This document shows, one piece after another, positions 1 to 7,403 of a stretch of 32,000 bases of DNA (positions are counted from its first letter, which is position 1; every line of letters begins with the position of its first letter). The DNA lies in NCBI RefSeq assembly GCF_000016745.1, contig NC_009483.1:2040001-2072000 (forward strand), in the 5' to 3' direction. The translations under genes were made by a program, and so were the position numbers. This stretch comes from Geotalea uraniireducens Rf4. Its GTDB lineage: Bacteria > Desulfobacterota > Desulfuromonadia > Geobacterales > Geobacteraceae. The notes below the pieces were generated by a model, which was not told the origin of the DNA, did not search any database, and saw only the letters and a list, made by a program, of their open reading frames with translations.

Positions 1-839
1 AACCCCGCTTCGTCCAGCATCCGTCTGGTTTCCCTGGAGAGGTAGGCCAGGTCGCCCGAATCGAGGCGCACGCCGACCAGCTCATGCCCCCGTGCACGCA
101 GCTCGCGGGCGACGGTGATGGCGTTGGGGATGCCGCTCTTCAGGGTGTCGTAGGTGTCGACGAGGAGAATGCAGGTGTCGGGGAAGACTTCGGCGTATCT
201 GCGGAAAGAGGTCAGTTCGTCGTCGAAGGCCATGATCCAGCTGTGGGCATGGGTCCCCTTGACCGGAATGCCGAATGTCTTGCCTGCCATGACGTTGCTC
301 GTGCTGCGGGCTCCGCCGATATAGGCGGCCCTGGCAACGCTGATTCCGCCGTCGGGTCCGTGGGCGCGGCGCAGGCCGAACTCGATCACCTTGGCGCTCC
401 CCGCCGTATGGGTGACGCGCGCCGCCTTGGTGGCGACCAGGGTCTGGAAGTTGATGATGTTCAGGAGCGCCGTCTCCACGAACTGGGCCTCGGCCAGGTT
501 CCCTTCGATGGTGAGGAGCGGTTCGTTGGCAAAGACTATGGTCCCCTCCGGCGGTGCGGTCACCCTTCCCCTGAAGCGGAAACCGCGCAGGAACTCTATG
601 AAGTTCGGCCGGAAGATGCCGAGGCTTCGCAGATATGCCAGCTCGTCGTCGCTGAAGGCCAGGTTTTCCAGGTAGGAGAGGGCGGTGTCGAGCCCGGCGA
701 AGACCGCGTAGCCCCCTTTGAACGGGTTATGGCGGTAGTAGAGGTCGAACACTGCCGGCGTTTCGTGCATCCCTTCTTCCAGGTAGCCGGCAAGCATGGT
801 CAATTCGTAAAGGTCGGTGATGAGCGGTGAATAACGCAT
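1..839 (-). CDS. pncB: nicotinate phosphoribosyltransferase, N-terminal ~279 codons (rest lies beyond window start)
   Basis: Absent from the ORF track because it runs off the window. My reverse-complement translation from the ATG at comp(837-839) reads [51 protein letters not shown]...[14 protein letters not shown]...LVDTYDT. This is the typical NAPRTase N-terminus and core. The + strand ORF 84..830 is its antisense shadow. Confidence 0.85.
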   Translation of the reverse strand, partial: MRYSPLITDLYELTMLAGYLEEGMHETPAVFDLYYRHNPFKGGYAVFAGLDTALSYLENLAFSDDELAYLRSLGIFRPNFIEFLRGFRFRGRVTAPPEGTIVFANEPLLTIEGNLAEAQFVETALLNIINFQTLVATKAARVTHTAGSAKVIEFGLRRAHGPDGGISVARAAYIGGARSTSNVMAGKTFGIPVKGTHAHSWIMAFDDELTSFRRYAEVFPDTCILLVDTYDTLKSGIPNAITVARELRARGHELVGVRLDSGDLAYLSRETRRMLDEAG

Positions 840-959
840 GGCTGCCTCCATGGTTAAACTAGTGTCCATCCGGAAACTCTGGATGAGACACTATTGGTTT
901 CCAATTCGGAACCTAAACTATATCATAAGGATGATGCCGCGCCATATTATGGCGGGGGG

Positions 960-1520
960 CTAACGGGTGATTGCCTCCAGCAGCTTTGCCGCCAGCTCTC
1001 CATCGAGTGGCTTGAGCATGTCATACTCTTTCCGCGCGGAATCCTTGTCTCCCATGGCGTAATAGGCCATTCCCCTGTTGAAACGGGCGTTCGCATCATC
1101 CGGCTTGAGGCGGAGTACCTGACCGTAGGCCTCTATCGCCTCCTGAAAGCGGCCGAGCCGGTAATAGATGCCTCCCAGGTTGCCGTATGCCGGCAGGAAG
1201 TCGGGATTGAGGCGCACCGCCTGCTTGAGGGACGCGGCCGCCTCCTCATGGTTGCCGAGAAAGGCGCTTGCCGTGCCGAGATTGAACCAGGCAGCCGCAT
1301 CAGCGGGAGTAATGGCGATCACTTTTCGGAACGCCTCGGCTGCTTCCCGGTAACTGCCGGACCGGTTCAGTTCGAGCCCCTTTCGAAACCATTCTGCGGC
1401 CCCGGTAAAGTCCACCGCTCCTTTTTCCCGGGGCGCGGATTTGGGTTCGACTGCCCCATGGACTGCAATTGCCGTAATGAGCGTCACAATAAGCGTAGCG
1501 AGAAACAGGCGCACGTTCAT
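960..1520 (-). CDS. secreted TPR-repeat protein
   Basis: ORF 960..1583 (-). The likely start is the internal ATG at 1520 (MNVRLFLATLIVTLITAIAVHG, a signal peptide) preceded by AGGAAAAC. Repeated TPR-like A/Y/G patterns follow (AWFNLG, YGNLGGIYYRLGRFQEAIEAY, FNRGMAYYAMGD). Confidence 0.75.
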   Translation of the reverse strand: MNVRLFLATLIVTLITAIAVHGAVEPKSAPREKGAVDFTGAAEWFRKGLELNRSGSYREAAEAFRKVIAITPADAAAWFNLGTASAFLGNHEEAAASLKQAVRLNPDFLPAYGNLGGIYYRLGRFQEAIEAYGQVLRLKPDDANARFNRGMAYYAMGDKDSARKEYDMLKPLDGELAAKLLEAITR

Positions 1521-1553
1521 CTGTTTTCCTTTAAATACAAAAATGCAGTTGGA

Positions 1554-1659
1554 CACGGATTTACACGGATAAATCAAGGACATATTCCCTAACCCTTCCG
1601 GTCTTGGTTCTCGGTCTTTTAAATCCGTGAAAATCCGTACAAATCAGATTTGATCCGTG
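1554..1659. repeat. cluster of five ATCCGTG/CACGGAT heptamer sites in a divergent promoter region
   Basis: CACGGAT is at 1554-1560 and 1564-1570. ATCCGTG/ATCCGTA is at 1623-1629, 1633-1639 and 1653-1659. Adjacent sites are 10 nt apart, and the two groups are inverted relative to each other. Confidence 0.5.
1643..1654. repeat. copy 1 of the near-palindromic motif ATCAGATTTGAT
   Basis: The core CAGATTTGATC recurs at 11776-11786 and, reverse-complemented, at 5344-5354. A perfect-palindrome variant is at 17145-17156. Confidence 0.5.
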
Positions 1660-1831
1660 TTTAAATGCTTTTTCAAGGTTAAAATACGTCTTCGAGGATT
1701 ATAGCAGAAAAGACGGGACGCGCCGCCCTTCGGCATTTCGCCGGAGAGTTTTCTTCTGGAAACGGATGGTCGATTCTGGTATGAATCAGGTGCAGGCTAA
1801 GGAATTGCTGCGCCAAAACGGAGGTATTTGA

Positions 1832-2707
1832 ATGGAAAAGGTTTTAATCGTCGGTTGCGGAGATATGGGGAAGCGGGTGGCTGGACTGGTCATGGCGGAA
1901 GGCGCCGACGTAAGCGCCCTGGTCAGGTCTGCGGAGAAGGGGCAAAAACTGGCGGAGTTGGGGATTCAGCCGGTCGTCGGCGATCTGGACGAGCTGTCTT
2001 CACTGGCTACCCTGCCGACAAGGGACGCCCTGGTCTTTTACTTCGCCCCGCCCCCCGGAGGCGGGAACATGGACCCGCGGATGCGCTCTTTCTGCGCCTC
2101 CATCGAGGCGGGCAATGAGCCGCGTCGCGTTGTCTACATGAGCACCAGCGGGGTTTACGGCGACTGCGGAGATGCACTCGTTACCGAAGAGACGCCGCCA
2201 AACCCGCAGACCGCCCGGGCCAAGCGCCGCTATGATGCTGAAACGGTGCTCAGCGAGTGGGGGCGGGAGAGGGGGGTAGAGGTGGTCATTCTCCGCGTGA
2301 CGGGCATTTACGGCCCCGGCCGCCTTCCCATCACCCAGCTTGCCAACGGCCATCCACTGCTCGATGAACGGCTATCTCCCCCGACCAACCGCATCCACGC
2401 GGAGGATCTGGCCCGGGTATGCGTTGCTGCCGCGGAAAAGGGGGATGATGGCGACATCTTCAACGTCAGTGACGGCCGGGTCGGAACCATGTCCCAGTAT
2501 TTCAATGCCGTTGCCGATATTCTCGGTTATCCCAGGCCGCGCCAGATTTCCCTGGAAGAGGCCCATCGGGTGATGACTCCGCTGATGCTCTCCTATATCT
2601 CCGAGACCCGGCGCATGGGCAATGGCAAGATGCTGAAGAAGCTCGGCATAAAACTCCTCTATCCAACCCTTGAGGAGGGGTTGAAGGCATGTGTGCGGCG
2701 GGATTGA
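1832..2707 (+). CDS. NAD(P)-dependent epimerase/dehydratase-type SDR oxidoreductase
   Basis: 291-aa ORF. N-terminal Rossmann motif VLIVGCGDMGKRV, GGAGG-like SD upstream, and extended-SDR-like layout. Confidence 0.75.
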   Translation: MEKVLIVGCGDMGKRVAGLVMAEGADVSALVRSAEKGQKLAELGIQPVVGDLDELSSLATLPTRDALVFYFAPPPGGGNMDPRMRSFCASIEAGNEPRRVVYMSTSGVYGDCGDALVTEETPPNPQTARAKRRYDAETVLSEWGRERGVEVVILRVTGIYGPGRLPITQLANGHPLLDERLSPPTNRIHAEDLARVCVAAAEKGDDGDIFNVSDGRVGTMSQYFNAVADILGYPRPRQISLEEAHRVMTPLMLSYISETRRMGNGKMLKKLGIKLLYPTLEEGLKACVRRD

Positions 2708-2722
2708 GCCGAGACGGGATTA

Positions 2723-3742
2723 TCAGGGCCGAACCTTGACATTCTTGTTGACCCTGGAAATATTTTCTTTTTTCCTGAGATAGATTGTTGTGGACGGATT
2801 GATTTTGAACCCTTGTAGCAGGAATGACGCGTTTGATTTTATCCACCCTTTTGCTTCGAATTGATTGTCTGAGTGCTGCTGACCTTCATTGATAATCGCA
2901 TGTTTTAACCCGTTTTTGTTGTCGGACTTCACGGCGTACATCAGGTCATCGGCTTTTTTCAGCATTTCATCGACCGATTCCGGTGGAACGTTGTAGGTTA
3001 CCATGCCGATGCTGAAGGTCACGGGCCATCCTCTGCACTCCATGGCCGCCGCAAGTTTTCCCTGCAGCTTGGTTATGGCAGACAGCGCGTGTTCGGCGCC
3101 GGTTTCCGGCAGGATAATGACGAATTCGTCACCGCCGATCCGTGCGACGATATCCGCATAACGAACGTTATCCTGTATGGTGTCGGCGACGATGCACAGG
3201 AGGTCGTCCCCCACATGGTGCCCCTTTTTGTCATTAACGGTCTTGAAATTATCAAGGTCAATGTAGGCAACGGTGAACGAACGGTTATAGCGGCTCGACC
3301 GGTAAATTTCCTGTTCTGCAAGTTCATAGAGATAGCGGCGGTTCAGCGCCCGCGTGAGAGGGTCGATTCGCGCCAGCTTCTTTTCCTGGTCATGCTTTTC
3401 CCGTAACGTTGAAAACATGAGGCCGAGCATGAACAGATAGCTTGTTTCGATGATGAAATCCCATGAATGTAAAAATTGTGGGGATGAAGCGGGGTGTTCC
3501 AGCAGCTTGTCGATAAAGCTGGCGATGCTGCAGGACATGCAGATGAACAGCCCCGACCGTTTACCCACGAACCATGCCACGAGAAAGACCGGGATCAGAT
3601 AGAAGAGTATGAAGGAGAGTTCACCGGTGAGGTAATCGATGAACGCCAGGAGAAACACCAGTGCATAGCCGGCCATCAGCAGGTAAGTTTTCGTCTTCCC
3701 TTCCAGATATGCAAAAAGCTTGTTATGGATAGTGGTGTACAT
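2723..3742 (-). CDS. membrane-anchored diguanylate cyclase (GGDEF domain)
   Basis: 339-aa ORF. Hydrophobic N-terminal half, then RALNRRYL...VAYIDLDNFKTVNDKKGHHVGDDLL...RIGGDEFVIILPE, the canonical GGDEF active-site region. Confidence 0.85.
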   Translation of the reverse strand: MYTTIHNKLFAYLEGKTKTYLLMAGYALVFLLAFIDYLTGELSFILFYLIPVFLVAWFVGKRSGLFICMSCSIASFIDKLLEHPASSPQFLHSWDFIIETSYLFMLGLMFSTLREKHDQEKKLARIDPLTRALNRRYLYELAEQEIYRSSRYNRSFTVAYIDLDNFKTVNDKKGHHVGDDLLCIVADTIQDNVRYADIVARIGGDEFVIILPETGAEHALSAITKLQGKLAAAMECRGWPVTFSIGMVTYNVPPESVDEMLKKADDLMYAVKSDNKNGLKHAIINEGQQHSDNQFEAKGWIKSNASFLLQGFKINPSTTIYLRKKENISRVNKNVKVRP

Positions 3743-3955
3743 GGCGATCTTCTTTTCTCTGTACCAAGCTTGGCTTCTTAATGAGAACTACAGCAAGAAC
3801 CCTGCCAGCATGATCGGTGCTACAGCCATCAGTCGTCAAGAGCGCAAAATATGTGTAAAATCATTGATATGGCAGGCATCGACCGGCTGACCTTCGCTGT
3901 GTAATACTCTTATGGGTCAAGTTCTTGAGAAATCTCCTGCGGAATAACGGACAGC

Positions 3956-4621
3956 ATGATAAGGCGGGTGTCGGCCGATGGAGGCGAAATGGAAAACCGG
4001 ATGCGAACGGGGCTGCCGGATACGGTCATCCTTGTCCACGGCCTCTGGATGACAGGGGTGGAACTTTCCCTTTTGGGGTGGCGGTTGAAACGCTGCGGTT
4101 TCGAGGTGCGTTACTTCCGTTACCGCTCCTGGCGCGGAACTCTGGATGAAGCGGCACTCCGTCTCGGCAAACTGGTCGGCAAAACCGCCGGCGAAAGGGT
4201 GCATCTTGTGGGGCACAGCCTTGGCGGGATCGTCATTGCCAGAATGTTCGAGCTGTCTCCGCCGGCAAGGGCGGGGAACGTCGCTTTCCTCGCTTCACCC
4301 ATGGGTGGGAGTGCTTTCGTAACGGCGCTTTTCCGCTGTCGAATCGGCCGTTTCATCCTTGGCAGGGTCATCGGCGAGGCGCTGATGGAGAACAGGCCGT
4401 TCTGGTCCCAGGGGAGGGACCTCCTTGTCATTGCCGGCACCTTGCCGCTCGGGTTCGGAGTGTTTTTCGGGGTGCCCTCTCCCCATGACGGGACAATAGC
4501 CGAGGCGGAAACCAGGGTGGCGAATGCCAAATCAATGCGGGTGAGGAGCTCTCACATGGGGATGGTTATTTCACCGGGAGTTGCTGAAATACTATGCAAG
4601 TTTTTCAGAGGTGATGATTGA
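3956..4621 (+). CDS. alpha/beta-fold hydrolase (lipase/esterase-like)
   Basis: 221-aa ORF with VILVHGLW and the nucleophile elbow GHSLGG. An alternative start at ATG 3989 has a GGAGG 4 nt upstream. Confidence 0.7.
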   Translation: MIRRVSADGGEMENRMRTGLPDTVILVHGLWMTGVELSLLGWRLKRCGFEVRYFRYRSWRGTLDEAALRLGKLVGKTAGERVHLVGHSLGGIVIARMFELSPPARAGNVAFLASPMGGSAFVTALFRCRIGRFILGRVIGEALMENRPFWSQGRDLLVIAGTLPLGFGVFFGVPSPHDGTIAEAETRVANAKSMRVRSSHMGMVISPGVAEILCKFFRGDD

Positions 4622-4687
4622 GGTGTCGCAGAGAAAATCTGCTAAAAAGAAATCTGGACGGGGATGCGACCGGTAAGCCTGTCTGCA

Positions 4688-4736
4688 GGCCGAAAGGTTC
4701 CGCAACCATCCGGTTCGCTTGCGGAGCCTTTCGGCC
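4688..4736. terminator. long hairpin between convergent genes (putative bidirectional terminator)
   Basis: GGCCGAAAGGtTCCGCAA...TTGCGGAgCCTTTCGGCC followed by ATATTT. It lies between the hydrolase stop (4621) and the YtxH stop (4759). Confidence 0.5.
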
Positions 4737-4758
4737 ATATTTAACTTTCGTATGCCGC

Positions 4759-5004
4759 TTATATCCAGGCGTCGCCGCCATCATACTGGAGGGCGTCTCC
4801 CTTGGTTTTTCGGCTCATCTTGAACTTTGCTTCCTTGGCGCAACATTTGAGTTTATCCAAAGCTTCCTCTTTGGCCTCACCAAGTTTTTCCCTTACCTCT
4901 TTCCCCGTTTTGGGGGTCAAGAGAAGCGTCACGCCGGCTGCGAGCACTGCGCCGGTTAAAAATGCCATCATTGCTGCGCTCTCGTTATTCCTGTTGTTTG
5001 CCAT
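4759..5004 (-). CDS. YtxH-domain small membrane-associated protein
   Basis: ORF 4759..5031 (-). The start at 5004 (MANNRNNESAAMMAFLTGAVLAAGVTLLLTPKTGKEVREKL) has an AAGGAG SD 7 nt upstream. The TPKSGKE-type motif is typical of YtxH. Confidence 0.7.
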   Translation of the reverse strand: MANNRNNESAAMMAFLTGAVLAAGVTLLLTPKTGKEVREKLGEAKEEALDKLKCCAKEAKFKMSRKTKGDALQYDGGDAWI

Positions 5005-5343
5005 GACTCCAGCTCCTTTCTGTCGCATCATGAGAAATTATCCTGTTTATTTTTAGCACATAATTTGTCCCATGAAAACCCTTTGTTGCACGTTTATTTG
5101 AGACTTTGTTCATGCGGGCAAAGATTTGGCGGGCGAAGGGGGCTGAATATCGAGCCGGTCCGGCCGATGGTAAGGATTTTCAGTTGCCGCGGATGGAAGC
5201 TTTCCCAGTTGACACCGCTCTCTTTGCGGGTGTATTAAAACGAAGATTTCTATGCCCGGGAAAGCAGGTGGGGAGCGCATGCGTCCCCTCATTTTGGATG
5301 CCGGTAAAAATAAATATTGCCGTAAATACGGAATTGCAATTAT

Positions 5344-5356
5344 GATCAAATCTGTT
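5344..5356. repeat. copy 4 (reverse orientation) of the CAGATTTGATC motif
   Basis: GATCAAATCTG at 5344-5354, 49 nt upstream of the 5405 start codon. Confidence 0.45.
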
Positions 5357-5404
5357 CGGTAGTGGGCTGTTCTTGTTTTTTGGGCTTGACCTTAATGGGG
5401 GTTG

Positions 5405-5986
5405 ATGATGAGAAGATCTTTTTTTCTGCTGTTGATGTTGCTGGTTCTGGTGCTGAATCAAACGGCTCACGCCTGTGTCGGCAAGATACTTAATATCGGC
5501 ATTCCCAACTCTGCCAATGAACAGCTCCTGGCGGAGATGATCGCGACCCTGGTCACCGAGAGGACCGGCACGACGGTGAAGATAATTGTCTATAAGGATG
5601 AACGTGAACTATATAAAGCAGTAAAAAAAGGTGATGTCGGCATTCTCATTGAAAATACCGATCATGCCATGAAGATGGTGGCCAAGCCGAGGGAGTCCAA
5701 CGCTAAAACGGCTTACGAGACGGCAAAGAGTGAATACCGGAAAAACCTGAACCTGGTCTGGCTCGATCCCCTCGTTTCGGCAAACGGTGCTGCGGGGAGC
5801 ATATATTATGCGCCGGTATTGTCGCTTGATACCCTCAGCAATCTGCCTGCCCTGCCGAAACTGATCAACAAGCTGTCCGGCATACTCAAAGAGGATGCCT
5901 ACGCGAAGCTGCTCAAATCGGTGAAATCGGACGACAAGCCGAGAAAGGTGGCAAGGGATTTTCTCAAATCTAAAAAGTTGATATGA
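5405..5986 (+). CDS. short secreted OpuAC-like (glycine betaine-binding fold) protein
   Basis: ORF 5402..5986. ATG 5405/5408 follows a GGGGG SD. Signal peptide MMRRSFFLLLMLLVLVLNQTAHA|C. The body (KILNIGIPNSANEQLLAEMIATLV...VWLDPL...PRKVARDFLKSKKLI) resembles osmoprotectant substrate-binding domains but is about 100 aa shorter. Confidence 0.45.
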   Translation: MMRRSFFLLLMLLVLVLNQTAHACVGKILNIGIPNSANEQLLAEMIATLVTERTGTTVKIIVYKDERELYKAVKKGDVGILIENTDHAMKMVAKPRESNAKTAYETAKSEYRKNLNLVWLDPLVSANGAAGSIYYAPVLSLDTLSNLPALPKLINKLSGILKEDAYAKLLKSVKSDDKPRKVARDFLKSKKLI

Positions 5987-6097
5987 TCGATTGATCCAAA
6001 GTTCCCTGATCGCCGGTCAATCATGCGCGGTAATCGATCCGTTATGGATTTTTGTTGTAACAGACTGAAGCGGTTTAGGCCGGCTGAGAGGTAACGG

Positions 6098-6412
6098 ATG
6101 TCGAAGATCTATAGAAATCCGGACGTCATGTGGCGCGAGGAGGATGAATCCAGAGAACAGGCCAATGCAGCATTGGAAAAGGGAGAAAATGCCGAGGATA
6201 TCGGGACTTCGCTCCTCTTCTCCGACGGCATGATGGTTACGCTCAACGTGCTTGGCACCGAAATATGGAAGATGTGCGATGGCAGGGAAGTGGACGAGAT
6301 TGTCGCTGAACTGCTCACGCAGTTTGACGTTGAGGCGGATGTTCTTAAAAACGATGTGGCAGGTTTCCTTGAGGAGCTTGCCGAAAAAGGATTTATCCAT
6401 TATGAGGAGTGA
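6098..6412 (+). CDS. PqqD-family peptide-binding (RRE-type) protein
   Basis: 104-aa ORF with a GAGAGG SD. The LLFSDGMMVTLNVLGTEIWKMCDGREVDEIVAELLTQFDVEADVLKNDVAGFLEELAEKGFI pattern is the PqqD winged-helix signature (L-N-x-x-G-x-x-IW, then DV-x-x-FL-x-x-L-x-x-x-G). Confidence 0.8.
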   Translation: MSKIYRNPDVMWREEDESREQANAALEKGENAEDIGTSLLFSDGMMVTLNVLGTEIWKMCDGREVDEIVAELLTQFDVEADVLKNDVAGFLEELAEKGFIHYEE

Positions 6413-7403
6413 TCCGACCCTTAAAGCGCCGCTCACCATCAACTGGGCAATCAACAATAACTGCAATTTCTTCTGCAGACACTGCTACAGCAGGAGCGAC
6501 ACAACAGAGGAACTGTCCGGCGAGGTACTCTGCGCCGCCATGAAAAGGGTCGCTGCAACAGGGGTGCTCTCCGTCAACTTCGGCGGCGGCGAGCCGCTGT
6601 TGCGCCGGGACCTGCTTGCCATCGCCTCCTGTGCAGCCGGATGCGGCATGCGGGTTTCCATGAACAGCAACGGCTACCTGATCGACGGTGAGAAGGCCGT
6701 TGCCCTGAAAAATGCCGGTTTCTCCAAGGTCGGCATCAGCATCGACAGCCATGAGGCTTTGGTCCATGACCGTTTCCGGGGAGTTGCCGGCAGCCACGAG
6801 CGGGCGGTAAACGCACTTGGCCGGCTGCGCGAAGCGGGCATCAAGACATCCATCTCCACGGTTATCTGCACCTTCAATCATGAACAGATCGACAACCTCA
6901 TCGAATTTGCCCTGGCAAACAAGGTCAGCCAGCTCAATTTCCACAACTTCAAATGCTCCGGGCTCGGCCTTGCCAACAAGGACGAGCTGGACCTGACCCC
7001 TGTTCAGTGGCAGGAGTTTTACCGCAAGGCGCTGCGGGCGAAAGAACAGGTCAAGGAGCTGGACATCTCCCTCGACGACCCGATCATCGCCTCCCTCGGT
7101 CTGAAGAGCGGCAGCAGCCTGGTGAAGGGGAGCGTCTGCGGCAAGCTCTCCCTCAACATCAAATCCAACGGCGACATCACCCCCTGCGGTTTCATCCCCG
7201 TCGTCATCGGCAATATCATCCGCGATGACCTGAAAGAGATCTGGGACAACTCACCGGTACTGGAGAGACTGCGCCACAAAACCCCGACCGGCAAATGCGC
7301 CTCGTGCAGCGACTACGGTGAATGTCTCGGCGGTTGCAGCGCTCGGGCTCTGGCCATGACCGGCGATTTCAACAGCCCTGATCCCCACTGCTGGGTACCA
7401 TGA
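6402..7403 (+). CDS. radical SAM / SPASM-domain maturase
   Basis: ATG 6402 overlaps the PqqD stop by 11 nt. CNFFCRHC (CxxxCxxC) is near the N-terminus and GGGEPLL follows. C-terminal SPASM pattern: CGKLSLNIKSNGDITPC ... CASCSDYGECLGGC ... HC. The track ORF starts at 6252, but that extension lies inside pqqD. Confidence 0.85.
   Translation: MRSDPTLKAPLTINWAINNNCNFFCRHCYSRSDTTEELSGEVLCAAMKRVAATGVLSVNFGGGEPLLRRDLLAIASCAAGCGMRVSMNSNGYLIDGEKAVALKNAGFSKVGISIDSHEALVHDRFRGVAGSHERAVNALGRLREAGIKTSISTVICTFNHEQIDNLIEFALANKVSQLNFHNFKCSGLGLANKDELDLTPVQWQEFYRKALRAKEQVKELDISLDDPIIASLGLKSGSSLVKGSVCGKLSLNIKSNGDITPCGFIPVVIGNIIRDDLKEIWDNSPVLERLRHKTPTGKCASCSDYGECLGGCSARALAMTGDFNSPDPHCWVP

Noticed and set aside
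84-830. 248-aa + strand ORF
   Set aside because: It lies exactly antisense to the clearly recognisable pncB reading frame. The composition is Gly/Ala/Val/Asp-rich, typical of shadow frames in GC-rich genes.
1521-1583. N-terminal extension of the TPR ORF (MSLIYPCKSVSNCIFVFKGKQ)
   Set aside because: It overlaps the CACGGAT repeat sites. The internal ATG at 1520 has an SD and begins a proper signal peptide.
5072-5101. 9-codon mini-ORF MKTLCCTFI, considered as a second CC-containing precursor candidate
   Set aside because: It has no SD, is extremely short, and lies about 1 kb from the cassette in the promoter region of the divergent YtxH gene. The shared TTTGTTG(C/T)A string with 6050-6058 is too short to be meaningful.
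5246-5400. Possible c-di-GMP/cGAMP (GEMM) riboswitch in the leader of the OpuAC-like gene
   Set aside because: I could not find the conserved GEMM core or tetraloop-receptor elements by eye. The region is kept only as an unclassified structured leader.
6252-6401. Upstream extension of the radical SAM ORF
   Set aside because: It lies in an alternative frame of the PqqD gene. ATG 6402 gives a normal rSAM N-terminus and a typical coupled overlap.
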